Positions 37,610-48,091 are shown, counted from the first letter of the stretch. The stretch: 64,000 nt of DNA from Candidatus Borrarchaeum weybense (GCA_019057385.1 JAHQJS010000007.1:1-64000); one strand, 5' to 3'. The notes: generated by a model not told the origin, from the sequence alone. Translations and numbers: made by a program.

Positions 37610-38803
37610 TTAAGAAGTTTCTTCTCTTATTCTGAGTGTTTTTATCTTCCCAGAGTCATTTGCATCAACATAAGATAATACTTGAACTTTTGTTTCCTTA
37701 GCAAAACTTCGTTTGTACTTCAAAGTAAAGAACAAGAATGATGGAACGAAGATCAAGAGAGCTACCACTAAACTGAATGAAAGAATGTTCGGTATATCTA
37801 CTGTTGAGATTTCACTATTGCCTTCATTGTTAAAATTGCTATTAGAGAATGAAATCTTTGAATTATCACCGATTTTAAGGACAAAGGTATAGGGTGTTTC
37901 TCCTCCATTTCCAGCAACTCGATATGAATTTATGAGTATTTGAAATCGAATTGAGTTTCTTCCAGCGTTAAGAGTAGTTGGTGTTACTTGTATTTTACCT
38001 TCTTCAAATATCTTTTCTTCTTCGTATAATGCTTTATCATTAACATAGACATTGTACGTCACTTCACAATCGCTAGGAACATCTTTGTGAAACATGACGT
38101 CAAGTTGTGTATTAACCGAAGTCAAATTCCTTTGTAAGAAGAATTCTACTTGAGGTTCAAACTTACAGCTATAAAATCCACCGATAGCGCCTGTGCCCAC
38201 TATCTTATCTTCATAATTGTTACTAGGTAACACTACCAAATCGTTTAATGAATAGTCTCCTGTAGATTTTATGACATTTATTCCGGTGATTTCAAAATAG
38301 GATTCCCCAAAGAGCGTGAACGTAGAGATTGCAGTAGAGAGTGATTTAAACGAAATGGTAATAGTTATTGCATTCGTTCCGTCTTTCATATATTCATAGG
38401 GAATTTCAATATGCCGCCACTGTTTGGTGCCACGTTCGATGAATCTAAAAATCGAACTTTTTACGACATGGTCATCGTTAACGGTAACTGCTATGTCAAA
38501 ATCACTAGAAGGACGACTTCCGCCTGCCAGATAATTCAAATGGAGAGAATAGCGGTTGTGAGAATTATCATCTATGTCTACATTGAATTCTATGGTTTCT
38601 TCGCATTCATTTCCATTCTCTGAACTAAAGACTCGTGTATTAATTCCTAAAGAATTAAACGTGAGCATGTCAGAGTCACTTTGCGCTTCAATAGCAATCG
38701 CATTTGATACAAAAAGCGATGTAATAACGGTCAAGAAAAGTAAAATAAACAAAACGATCAGGAATTTTGATCGAATAGACCTTTTGGCTAAGTAAACCCT
38801 CAT
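37610..38803 (-). CDS. Secreted beta-rich protein with C-terminal membrane anchor
   Basis: N-terminal signal/TM; two similar beta-sandwich-like units (VTVND...DGTNAITI and VYVND...AGRNSIRF); TM near the C-terminus. Confidence 0.75.
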   Translation of the reverse strand: MRVYLAKRSIRSKFLIVLFILLFLTVITSLFVSNAIAIEAQSDSDMLTFNSLGINTRVFSSENGNECEETIEFNVDIDDNSHNRYSLHLNYLAGGSRPSSDFDIAVTVNDDHVVKSSIFRFIERGTKQWRHIEIPYEYMKDGTNAITITISFKSLSTAISTFTLFGESYFEITGINVIKSTGDYSLNDLVVLPSNNYEDKIVGTGAIGGFYSCKFEPQVEFFLQRNLTSVNTQLDVMFHKDVPSDCEVTYNVYVNDKALYEEEKIFEEGKIQVTPTTLNAGRNSIRFQILINSYRVAGNGGETPYTFVLKIGDNSKISFSNSNFNNEGNSEISTVDIPNILSFSLVVALLIFVPSFLFFTLKYKRSFAKETKVQVLSYVDANDSGKIKTLRIREETS

Positions 38804-39708
38804 AATACCACCACAACTGGAGTTATATCAAGACTAACTCCTAATCTTTTCAGAGAATCTTCTAGACTCTTGGTTATGCTGTAGATTTCAATAGGTTCCT
38901 TTGATGAAAGTGAAATTTTATCCATGTGTCTCTTTATTGGCAGCCACCTTGGACGTGATTTTAGCGTTTGGCTGTACTTTTTCAGTGAATCATATAACTC
39001 ATCGATTGAGGTGTCAATAGACGGCAGTTCACGCAGCATTTGTGCATATCTTGCCTTTAATGCGAATACTAGTGCCAGTTTCCCCTCTTTATAAAACTCA
39101 GAATCTAGTCCACCACCTTCTAGTAAACTACAAGCTTTATCCCAATGCTTTCTGCTTTTTTCGTACATGAATTTGTAGAACTCAATCAATTCTATCCTAA
39201 TTTCCTTTTGTATTCTCTTCTCAGATAATCTCATAAGTTCGTCTTTCATATTCTCTGGAAGCTTTCTTGTAGCTGGACCTACCAAAGTTTTTACAGCCTT
39301 TCTTGATACGCTTAAAAGTCCGATCCCGCTATCTATTGATCGCCTCAGTTCAGCAGTGAAAAAACGAACTATATGTTCTTTTTTAAGAGAAGAGGCTGGA
39401 AATGCTAAGTATGTAATGTTTGATATTTCCCTAAACACTTCTGGATGTTCGACAAAAGGCTCATTTTCAACCTCTATTGCCACTATGTTCGAAAATGGAT
39501 CTATGAGTAACAAATCAGGTCTTCTTTGTTTTAGGTATCCAGGAAAAGTTATTGTAGTGTCATCTTCAGTTATTTGCAGTTCCAACAGTACTTTATAACC
39601 CCGATTCGTAAAATGTTTCTTTAATACTTCTGCAACTTCTCTTTCATTCAATTTTTTACCCTCTAATTCACACATTTTCTGTAAAACCACATCTTTGCAG
39701 AAATCCAT
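38800..39708 (-). CDS. PD-(D/E)xK-fold nuclease-like domain plus HEPN-like domain
   Basis: NEREV...GYKVLLE...RPDLLL...VAIEVE; C-terminal HWDKACSLLE...ALVFALKARY...IDELYDSL. Confidence 0.65.
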   Translation of the reverse strand: MDFCKDVVLQKMCELEGKKLNEREVAEVLKKHFTNRGYKVLLELQITEDDTTITFPGYLKQRRPDLLLIDPFSNIVAIEVENEPFVEHPEVFREISNITYLAFPASSLKKEHIVRFFTAELRRSIDSGIGLLSVSRKAVKTLVGPATRKLPENMKDELMRLSEKRIQKEIRIELIEFYKFMYEKSRKHWDKACSLLEGGGLDSEFYKEGKLALVFALKARYAQMLRELPSIDTSIDELYDSLKKYSQTLKSRPRWLPIKRHMDKISLSSKEPIEIYSITKSLEDSLKRLGVSLDITPVVVVL

Positions 39709-42700
39709 CAGATTCCCTTAACAGTCCTCTATTTATCATTGCATTGATTGCCCTTTCAATTCCAAGATTATCATAAGTATGAGCTGACTTAAGTATGAGT
39801 TGGTTTTTTATTACAGATTTAAGACCACCTTCTCGCCCTATTATATCCCAAATATCTTTTAAGAGTCCATTCAATTTCAAATCATCATGAAAACTAATAT
39901 TATTAACTGGTAACGCTTCAACAACGTTTTCTGATGGAAAAATATTGTCTATAAAATTCTCTGCAGAATCAATTTGTTCTCTTTTGATATTCTTAATTTC
40001 TTGTTCTTCAAATGATTCTTCTGAAGAATTATTCAACAGTTGTTTAATTACGCGTATACGGTCTCTAACCTTAAGTTTGAATTTCTCTAATTCAGCTATG
40101 ATAAGTTCAGTATCCCCAATTATTGAGTCGATATCTGCTTGTTCGAGCATAATTCCTTTAACTATTGCCAGTTTATGTTTCTGGATAACGTTTTGCAGGC
40201 CTGAATAGTCAATAGGAAGAACTATTTCACAAGTAATTAAGGCTCGTACAATTTGATCTAATTCTATTTTTGCATCTGTATCAATCTCAAGTAATCGTAG
40301 GAGCGCTATCTTTATTGCATCATAACAAAAGACTATTGAAGACGTTGCTGCTTGAGGATAATTGTTCCTTAATTCATGTGCCTGTCTTAATAGGTTTCTT
40401 GCATCATTTGGGGAAGCCTTTTCTTCTATTGATTTAAGATAGCCTTCAATTCCAGGTTGATCATCGATTAATGGTGTATTTGGAAGCACAGGTTTTTCAA
40501 TCTCAATATTTTTGTCAGAAATATTATTATTGCCTGTAAAGGATTCATTAGCATCAATCGATTGCTGTATCTTTAGAGTTTTCTTCATTTCATACTCTTC
40601 AATGGCTTGAAGCCCTTTTGGACTTATACTGATAGTTGTAAGAGGTTTAAATGAATCTCTCGGAGTATATTCTTTCCGAAAAACATATCGTTGCTTGATC
40701 AAATTTATTGTTGCCTTAGCAAGTTGTTTTTCATCAGTAGTATCATGTAACATTTCTGAAAGTGCAGAATACATTACACCCCGATCGCCCATATCTCTTA
40801 ATGTATGCAAGATATTGTAATACAGATCAATTTCACTATCGAAATCTTTTTCTAGAACTGTTTGCTTTAATTTTCCATTATTCCATATCGGTGACATTGG
40901 AACTGACTTAGTTTTTTGATCATCATCCCTCTCAGTAGAACTAGTATATGTTTGCACGTCCTCTACTTTCAGAGGAACATACTGTGCTGCTTCTCCTTTT
41001 TTCTGCAAGAATAATATGGCGTGATTACTCTTCATTGTTCTCAAATACGTCTCCTGAAGGGGATTCGGAGACCGAGAATCGATACCTCTTTCTTTCAAAC
41101 CTAGTGTGTCACTTACTAATTGTATATCTGTGGCTGTGGTGACGCGTCCTATAATCTTGGTACGAGGAAGGTTAAATAAATAAGGAGTTTCACTTGGCGA
41201 TTCCATAGAGACAATAAGTGAGGTATTTCGCAAACTTTCCAAAGCAAAGAATTTCTCTACTCTCGACCTATAACGATAAGAAACGAGATAAGAGGCCTCA
41301 GGAAAGATCATATCGGAATTTTCTATGATTAATACGGTGTTTTGAGAAGCTGAAGGGTTATATCTTCGGTAAGTGTGTATCGAGTGAATCAGAAGTTGAA
41401 GGAGGAATGATAGGAAATTCCTATCGCTAAAGTCTGATAGATCGATAACGGTTAAACCTTCAGTGTTGAACAGCATGTGAAATGGATGTGAAGTTGTAGA
41501 ACCAATGGCAGCGATTCTTTTTCGATCTGATAAAATTCTTTCCAACACATCTTTTAACTCTTCAAGTGCAGGAGTACCAAATTCGATGAATTCTTCATCC
41601 TCTGAAAACTCTAAATTTTCTAATAACTCAATTAAAGTAGGAGGATCATTCTCACCATTATTCATTTTTGATTCATAGAGTTCTTTTAATTTCTTGGTCA
41701 CAAATTGCCAGCGACTGAGATCTCCCTTGCCATAAATTTTCTGTAATATTGTTAGAAAGCCATCAATGAAGTCCCCTATGTTTCCACCCATTCGATCAAG
41801 TGGATTGAAACAAAAATCAGTTCCTAATTTTAATGAGTGTGCAGGAAGATCAAAATAATTTGGTTCATTTCTTTTTGCTCTTTCTGAATATTGTGGATCG
41901 ATTAAAATCACATTATGTTGTCTTTTACACAACTCGTGGATTATACGTCTTATTGTAGTAATCCGATCTACTCCATAGACACCTATGTTAGTTTTCAAAT
42001 GCTGTATATCAAAACCTACCTCACGAGTTGTAACGGTATCTGATGTCGTATCAACCGCGTATCCCAAGAAGATGGTATTCTCTGTCTTTGCGGGAATTGC
42101 GAATTGCGCTGGTTGATATCTCTTTGCGACACCAGAAACGACCTCGAAGAATCCTTGGCTTTGTCTCTTTGAAAAGTAACAGCTATCTGCTTCTAAGGGT
42201 CTTTTGAAGACTCCTACTTTGATCTCCGAATCTTTTTGTGATTGGTCTAGTTTCACAGTTTCAATTGAATACGAGGAATAGAGTTGGGATAAGAGATATT
42301 CAAAACTTAACGAGATCTTCGTTGGATTTGAGGGAATAAACTTCAGAGTTGGAAATGCATTCTTAATAGAAACTTTCAATTGTTGATTTACTTCATCAAA
42401 TTTAGCTAAGATATCATTAAGTTTCTCTTGTCCATCGTACACAAACGGCTGAGTTACTACGAAATATGGTGTAATTGCGAAATATGGCTCGGGATTGTAA
42501 TGCATTCTTCTGCCGTCCAAAATTTCTTCATCAACTAATTCAACATTTGTGTTAGCTATGCGACCTTTCGCATGAACAAATGACCTTAAATTCGATCTGT
42601 TTATGGAAAGTGTCCTGAATAGTTTTTGCAAGCCATCGGTTTTTGTTATAGGACTTTCTTGAGAATATGAGCTGCTGCTAACCGTTCGGGGTATTCCTTC

Positions 42701-43921
42701 ACCAATTTGATGAATTGCTAGTGCGTGGACTATGTTCCCTCTTTTTTGGATAAAGGCATAATTTCCGCTTATCCAGACGTTTTCAAAAACAGGGACAATT
42801 CTTTTGAGTCTTACAGTAGCACTAGGTTCATTTTTATTGCTTAATTCTTTTACTAGAGTCCAAATCGCAAGTAATATCACTGCTATTACCAGAAACGCTA
42901 AATAATTCTGGAATTGCATAGCCATAGCTGCCAGTAAGAATGGTGTGACATTAAGATCGCCTTCTGTCATGTCATAATAATACAAATCATTAGTTCGTGC
43001 AATAGTTCCGTATCTATTTCTGAGTTGCTTAGGTAAGAAAAACGCCCTAACAGATTGTATTTCGACTTTATTGTATTCTAATTCTGTCTCAATATCTTTC
43101 TTTTTTGCAGTAAGTGCCGTGATTTCAGATTGTGATTCAAAGTCTACAAGAGCTCCGAATAAATGACTTATCAGTGCTTTATCGATAAGCTGCCGTATTT
43201 CGCAACCTGGAAACTCTGTGATGAATGCATCATAAACTAGTAGAAAATCTTCCAACAATTCAGCAATCAAGACATTTGCAGCGGCAGGAAATGTAGAGGT
43301 GATTGGCCTTTCTTTTATTACTCGAATGTAGGCATGATCTAGATCAGTTACATATGAAATTGAGAATGTTTTTCCAACCATATGATCAAGTAAGGCGGTT
43401 ATGTTATCTTGCGTATGACTTTGTATATGTGTGAATCTTTCGATTTTAAATGCCATAATACCGCATATCCATTCTGGAAGAGAATTAGGGTTTTTAGTGA
43501 CGAGCATAACAGTCTCTTCCTTTCCCTTTAAGTCTAGAAAAACTTCAAAGAACTCTAATTCATTGAAAGTGTCGATAATGAAGAGACTCTCATCATTCAT
43601 CAAGTCGGGAATTTGTAGTTGAATATTTCCATTCCCCACTCTATTCTTTTCTTTGTGATTGACTGATTGGAGGATATTTGTGGATTCGATATTATAGGAT
43701 GGAATCTTAGTTGTTCGATTTGCTCGTTCATTTTTTATTTGGTTTCTTGCCCTTTTTCTGATGCCAAGAAATGCGATACAGAATAATTCAATGACAGCAA
43801 CCAGGAGGAAAATACTAAATGAACTTAATAAGAAGAAGAAAAGAACCGGAGCTGCCATCATTATGCCTGTGATGAGTATAACTTCGATTTTTTTTCCCCT
43901 TAAGTCGTTGATCATCTTCAT
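39668..43921 (-). CDS. Membrane-anchored HerA/VirB4-like protein with degenerate ATPase motifs, wHTH and HEPN-like domains
   Basis: IFLG...LKTNIGVYG...VILIDP...FNPL...PPTLIELL...TVIDLS...VLIIEN; TM pairs near aa 13-53 and 325-355. Confidence 0.7.
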   Translation of the reverse strand: MKMINDLRGKKIEVILITGIMMAAPVLFFFLLSSFSIFLLVAVIELFCIAFLGIRKRARNQIKNERANRTTKIPSYNIESTNILQSVNHKEKNRVGNGNIQLQIPDLMNDESLFIIDTFNELEFFEVFLDLKGKEETVMLVTKNPNSLPEWICGIMAFKIERFTHIQSHTQDNITALLDHMVGKTFSISYVTDLDHAYIRVIKERPITSTFPAAANVLIAELLEDFLLVYDAFITEFPGCEIRQLIDKALISHLFGALVDFESQSEITALTAKKKDIETELEYNKVEIQSVRAFFLPKQLRNRYGTIARTNDLYYYDMTEGDLNVTPFLLAAMAMQFQNYLAFLVIAVILLAIWTLVKELSNKNEPSATVRLKRIVPVFENVWISGNYAFIQKRGNIVHALAIHQIGEGIPRTVSSSSYSQESPITKTDGLQKLFRTLSINRSNLRSFVHAKGRIANTNVELVDEEILDGRRMHYNPEPYFAITPYFVVTQPFVYDGQEKLNDILAKFDEVNQQLKVSIKNAFPTLKFIPSNPTKISLSFEYLLSQLYSSYSIETVKLDQSQKDSEIKVGVFKRPLEADSCYFSKRQSQGFFEVVSGVAKRYQPAQFAIPAKTENTIFLGYAVDTTSDTVTTREVGFDIQHLKTNIGVYGVDRITTIRRIIHELCKRQHNVILIDPQYSERAKRNEPNYFDLPAHSLKLGTDFCFNPLDRMGGNIGDFIDGFLTILQKIYGKGDLSRWQFVTKKLKELYESKMNNGENDPPTLIELLENLEFSEDEEFIEFGTPALEELKDVLERILSDRKRIAAIGSTTSHPFHMLFNTEGLTVIDLSDFSDRNFLSFLLQLLIHSIHTYRRYNPSASQNTVLIIENSDMIFPEASYLVSYRYRSRVEKFFALESLRNTSLIVSMESPSETPYLFNLPRTKIIGRVTTATDIQLVSDTLGLKERGIDSRSPNPLQETYLRTMKSNHAILFLQKKGEAAQYVPLKVEDVQTYTSSTERDDDQKTKSVPMSPIWNNGKLKQTVLEKDFDSEIDLYYNILHTLRDMGDRGVMYSALSEMLHDTTDEKQLAKATINLIKQRYVFRKEYTPRDSFKPLTTISISPKGLQAIEEYEMKKTLKIQQSIDANESFTGNNNISDKNIEIEKPVLPNTPLIDDQPGIEGYLKSIEEKASPNDARNLLRQAHELRNNYPQAATSSIVFCYDAIKIALLRLLEIDTDAKIELDQIVRALITCEIVLPIDYSGLQNVIQKHKLAIVKGIMLEQADIDSIIGDTELIIAELEKFKLKVRDRIRVIKQLLNNSSEESFEEQEIKNIKREQIDSAENFIDNIFPSENVVEALPVNNISFHDDLKLNGLLKDIWDIIGREGGLKSVIKNQLILKSAHTYDNLGIERAINAMINRGLLRESDGFLQRCGFTENV

Positions 43922-43937
43922 TCACTTTTTCATATTT

Positions 43938-44948
43938 TCATAATATAAAGAACAGGATAATGAATCCAATTCCAATGAAGGAACAGATTAGCAATATTAA
44001 CAGTTTAAGTCCAGTTATAACTAACCTTTTCGCGGTAAAACGGTTTTTAGAAACAATCGGCTGTTCTTCAGCATTTTTAAGTGGAGAATACCATTGACGT
44101 CCATGCTTTAGCTTCCACAGATACACAGTATTAAGCCAAGCATTATCAGCAATTTGCTTACTTTTTCCAGAGACTTTTCTGAAGTTGAAATGTGCAATGA
44201 CTAACACAATGCTCAAGGTTATGAAAGCAATGCTTACAAGGAATCCAAAGGTACCAGGGCTAAAAGGTGTATAGGTGACTATGGCTGATGCAATTGAAGG
44301 ATAATTCCAGAGTTGCGTGCCAAACAGAATAACAAAGACTATTCCGCAAGCGCCAGCAAATCCTAATAGGAGGGAACCTATATGTCGCGTCAACAGGGCG
44401 TTATAGATTGAAATGAGATCTTCATCGTCAGGAAGCAAATGCCACGCTAAGCTACAGTGCACCCAAAAATATACAAGTTTAAATTGAGATAGACCAGTTG
44501 CATCAACTATAGTTGAAAAGAGGACGAAAGTTACTCCCATTAGTAAAATAATGAAAGGAAAGGGCATCAATACTACTGTTGTAGTACGCCTTAAATTAAG
44601 GAACATAGAAGATGCTTGTACGTCTTCTTTTGTTACGTTACTCTTTGATATTGTTTGTTTTTGATATGTTGCCGGAACTAAATAACCCGCAGCATATGAA
44701 TAATTAGGATGTGCACGATACACCATACGGAAATCTTGACTAACTAAATAACCACCTATAATATGGCCGGTGTAATGAGCGACATTTCCAATGAATGTAA
44801 GGATATCAAGGACCCGTTTACCGATACGTCCTAAAATTGGCACGATCCAGTATGCAACTCTGACTAGCCACCCAAAAGCCATAGCTATAATTGTCATTGC
44901 CATTAGAAACGGGATTTGCTCGCTCGGTATTAACATCGAATGTCTCAC
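43938..44948 (-). CDS. Multi-pass membrane protein, M50-like metallopeptidase fold with altered HExxH
   Basis: FIGNVAHYTGHIIGGYL, MPF, HLLPDDEDL; about 7 TM. Confidence 0.55.
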   Translation of the reverse strand: MRHSMLIPSEQIPFLMAMTIIAMAFGWLVRVAYWIVPILGRIGKRVLDILTFIGNVAHYTGHIIGGYLVSQDFRMVYRAHPNYSYAAGYLVPATYQKQTISKSNVTKEDVQASSMFLNLRRTTTVVLMPFPFIILLMGVTFVLFSTIVDATGLSQFKLVYFWVHCSLAWHLLPDDEDLISIYNALLTRHIGSLLLGFAGACGIVFVILFGTQLWNYPSIASAIVTYTPFSPGTFGFLVSIAFITLSIVLVIAHFNFRKVSGKSKQIADNAWLNTVYLWKLKHGRQWYSPLKNAEEQPIVSKNRFTAKRLVITGLKLLILLICSFIGIGFIILFFIL

Positions 44949-44969
44949 AACTTTGTTCTTATAAACTAT

Positions 44970-45398
44970 TTAACGATGTTGAAATCTGTCTTTGTCCTCA
45001 ACATTACCTATCTGTTTTTTAAACGAGAGGATCAGTACTCCAATCAATATAGAGCACATCTCTTTACGACTGATTCTATATTTTTGCTTGAAGTGGGAAA
45101 TAAGTTCTATTAATGAAATTCGTAGTAATTCGAAGGTTTTATGAGTGAGAACATAAGGGTACAGGATGGAGTCCCATTCGATATTTCCGTAAACCAGTTT
45201 GCTACCCGTTGAATCAGACAACTCTTCTAAACTTTTTCTTTTTTCTTTTCCATCAAGATCAATTTTCATTTGGTCTAATATGTGTTGAAGGTCATATGGC
45301 GTCACAAGGCCAACTTTTTGAAGAATTGCTTGCAATGCCGAACGTATAGCCAGGTTAAAATCATCTAAACTCGCAACTTTCAAGTTTCTGGACTCCAT
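44970..45398 (-). CDS. Hypothetical protein (first gene of the minus-strand operon)
   Basis: ATG start, TATA-like ctttataa upstream, 21 bp from the next gene. Confidence 0.65.
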   Translation of the reverse strand: MESRNLKVASLDDFNLAIRSALQAILQKVGLVTPYDLQHILDQMKIDLDGKEKRKSLEELSDSTGSKLVYGNIEWDSILYPYVLTHKTFELLRISLIELISHFKQKYRISRKEMCSILIGVLILSFKKQIGNVEDKDRFQHR

Positions 45399-45600
45399 AG
45401 TTCTCTATGGATATCTGGCACATCCTAATTTATAAAGAAGTCTAAATTAAAATATTTTTAAAAACAAAAAGAAACATAGACTTTCAAGTTGTTAAACAAT
45501 GCAAATAAGTTCTCTTTCCTTAAGAATCAATATAAAAAGAAATATCCTATGCTTAGAACTGAGAAAATAAATGAAAAAGACTAAAAAATAAATAAAGAAA

Positions 45601-46158
45601 TTAGATTTCCTTTAGGTTGATCATCTTTGAGAATTGACTTACTAAGTTGTTAAATTCCTCGTGGGCAAGTTCTAACGAATCGTCAAATTTTGTAGAAATA
45701 TCTGAGAACGATACAGTACCTGCAAGTGCTGGGCTCTCTGCCAATGTTTTATTAGCTGCCTCTGCATTCGCTTTCAATTGCTGCAATTCAAGTTCAGTCC
45801 TTCGGGAATTTAAAATCTGTGCGTATTTTAGTGCTATTCGTAAGAATACATAAGTCTCATCTATTATCGTTGGGACATACTCCCTTGAATCTCTAAGAGA
45901 TGCACCTTCTTTTTTTAGCAAACCTGCATCAAATAACTTTTTAGCATGCAAGGCAATTTGTGCACTATTTTTCTCGCCTAATTCCGTAGCTAGATCCTTC
46001 AAACGAGTGATATCCTCAGCTATTGTCGTTTTCAGAATATCGAGTCTTTTCTCGTTAGCTAGCACACTGAATAGGCTAGTCAAAATTCGAACATCATCAT
46101 CAGAAAAGTTTGATATGCTTATTCCTGTTGGTTGCGATTTCTTACCTTTTTTAGGCAT
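45601..46158 (-). CDS. ArsR-like wHTH regulator with C-terminal coiled coil
   Basis: LFSVLANEKRLDIL...LATELG...IALHAKKLFDAGLL. Confidence 0.8.
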   Translation of the reverse strand: MPKKGKKSQPTGISISNFSDDDVRILTSLFSVLANEKRLDILKTTIAEDITRLKDLATELGEKNSAQIALHAKKLFDAGLLKKEGASLRDSREYVPTIIDETYVFLRIALKYAQILNSRRTELELQQLKANAEAANKTLAESPALAGTVSFSDISTKFDDSLELAHEEFNNLVSQFSKMINLKEI

Positions 46159-46759
46159 TTCTTACATCCTTCTTTACGTCTTTTCATCTTACATATAAAG
46201 ATATAGTAAAGAAACCCGTGAGAGTTTAAAAATTAAATATAGCTTCCGCATAATATAGAACCTGATGATATATTTAAGTTTTTCTAAAAACATAACCTAT
46301 CGCTTGCTCGATGTTCATAATTTCAGATATTATTAAACAACTATTCAAGATGATTTTTTGATACAAAAAAAATCTTTTCACTTCTTTTACTCCTAAAAAT
46401 AGCATACTCGGTTTGAATGGTTTTGTCGAAGTATTTGGTTTGAAAGATCTTTTGTTTTTTAAAAAATTTTAAAACAAAAAACTTTATAAAATAAAAGAAC
46501 TATAAAAAGACAGTTAGTCAGTTTAATCGGAAATCAATATACCCCGAAAATACAATCATCCTTAGGTGATTGGCGAAAGTAAACTGAATAACACAATTCA
46601 AAGAAAAAACAAAGTTATTGCAAAGGAAATAAACATAGAGCATAGATTTAGAGCACTTGAAATAAAGAATGACCTTGACAAAAATCTCGTAACATACCCC
46701 ATACTAAAAGTCGTTCTTTTGTTATCTAAGTCTTGCAAAAAGTTGTTGGAGGACATAAA

Positions 46760-48091
46760 ATGGAAATTTTAACAACCACAGTTCCAGAAACATACTACAA
46801 AGAATGCTGTACAGAATGTGGCTCATCCTTAGTTAATTTTAGGAACATGGAACTTGTCTGTGAGCATTGTGGCATAGTTGCTGAAGACAGGCCATTTGAT
46901 TTCAATGAAACGAGAACTAATTACAAATGGAGACAGAAGGACAAAGATAAGAAACTTTCGTTTAATAAAAAGCCTGTATCAATTCAAAGTTACATGAAAT
47001 ACAGAATTTTACATAAGAAAATAAAAAGATCATATCAACGTGATGCACGAGAAAAACTCTTTACCAGCGAAATAGCGCGCATATGTGCACAATTAGAACT
47101 TCCGTCAGTAATTCTTCGAGATGCAGAACAATATAGCAAAAAAATACTACAAGAAATACCCCAGTATACACATCTTGATAGTATTATGGCTGCTGCAACT
47201 GCTCTAGTGTGGGGAGTCAGTTTCATCTATTCACCACGAACTCTTCAAGAAATAATGTCTGTTACTCACCCACTAGTCTCCCGAAGTAAGGTTCTTCAAG
47301 CAGCTAACCGAATTGTTTTTACACAACTTGTGAAGTCATCTCCCCGAATGCTGGAGAACAAACAGTTCATTAATCTTGTAAATTACTATCTCGAACACTT
47401 CGGCGCGGTTCTAGGCATTCCATTCAATGTCATTCTGACGGCAAAAGGGCTTTTCAAGCGTTTAGGGTATAAAAAATACATCATAAAGCCAGACGTACAA
47501 TCAGTTGCACTATTATTGTATGCATGGACCAAGGAGTCTACAACGGAGGAATTTATTTCTTTAAATAAATGCCCTAATTCTCAAAATCAGAACAAAGAAA
47601 AAAATAGGCGAGTTCTTCCCTTAGATGAAATTAAAGAAAATATTAGATCATTTTCTGGCTATGAAAAAGGATATGGTTTGCGTTGCCAGATACTTCAGCT
47701 CTTATATGATCAGGGTCGTCTCAGCGTTAAAACGATTGCCGATCAATTACAGAAATCTTATCACTCAGTTTATTACCATATCCAAAAACTTAAAGAGCTA
47801 GGTCTTCTGTCAGAAGAAAAAAGGAAGAACATGAAAGATCAGAAGAAACCAAGAATCGTCTTCACTATCAAAGCACAAAAACTCATCGAAAATGCGACTC
47901 AAATTGATTCTGAAACTAAACTAAGTGATAGAGAAGATGTTAAAGATACTCTATCAAAGCCAAACCTCTCTCAATTGAACTGGGAACGAATAACCAGAGA
48001 CTGCTATATATCAAAAACAAGTGCTAGAAAAGTAATCAGAGCAATCCAAAAGGATATTAAAAAGGAAATGAGCGCAATATTATTTAACTAA
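46760..48091 (+). CDS. Divergent TFB (TFIIB) paralog with an inserted winged-helix domain
   Basis: GGAGG RBS then ATG 46760; Zn ribbon CTECGS...LVCEHCGIV; cyclin-like EIARICAQLELP...PRTLQEI; insert QILQLLYDQGRLSVKTIADQLQKSYHSVYYHIQKLKELGLL. Confidence 0.8.
   Translation: MEILTTTVPETYYKECCTECGSSLVNFRNMELVCEHCGIVAEDRPFDFNETRTNYKWRQKDKDKKLSFNKKPVSIQSYMKYRILHKKIKRSYQRDAREKLFTSEIARICAQLELPSVILRDAEQYSKKILQEIPQYTHLDSIMAAATALVWGVSFIYSPRTLQEIMSVTHPLVSRSKVLQAANRIVFTQLVKSSPRMLENKQFINLVNYYLEHFGAVLGIPFNVILTAKGLFKRLGYKKYIIKPDVQSVALLLYAWTKESTTEEFISLNKCPNSQNQNKEKNRRVLPLDEIKENIRSFSGYEKGYGLRCQILQLLYDQGRLSVKTIADQLQKSYHSVYYHIQKLKELGLLSEEKRKNMKDQKKPRIVFTIKAQKLIENATQIDSETKLSDREDVKDTLSKPNLSQLNWERITRDCYISKTSARKVIRAIQKDIKKEMSAILFN

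Noticed and set aside
46566-46772. 68-aa ORF upstream of the TFB paralog
   Set aside because: AT-rich promoter region, no motif; cannot be supported
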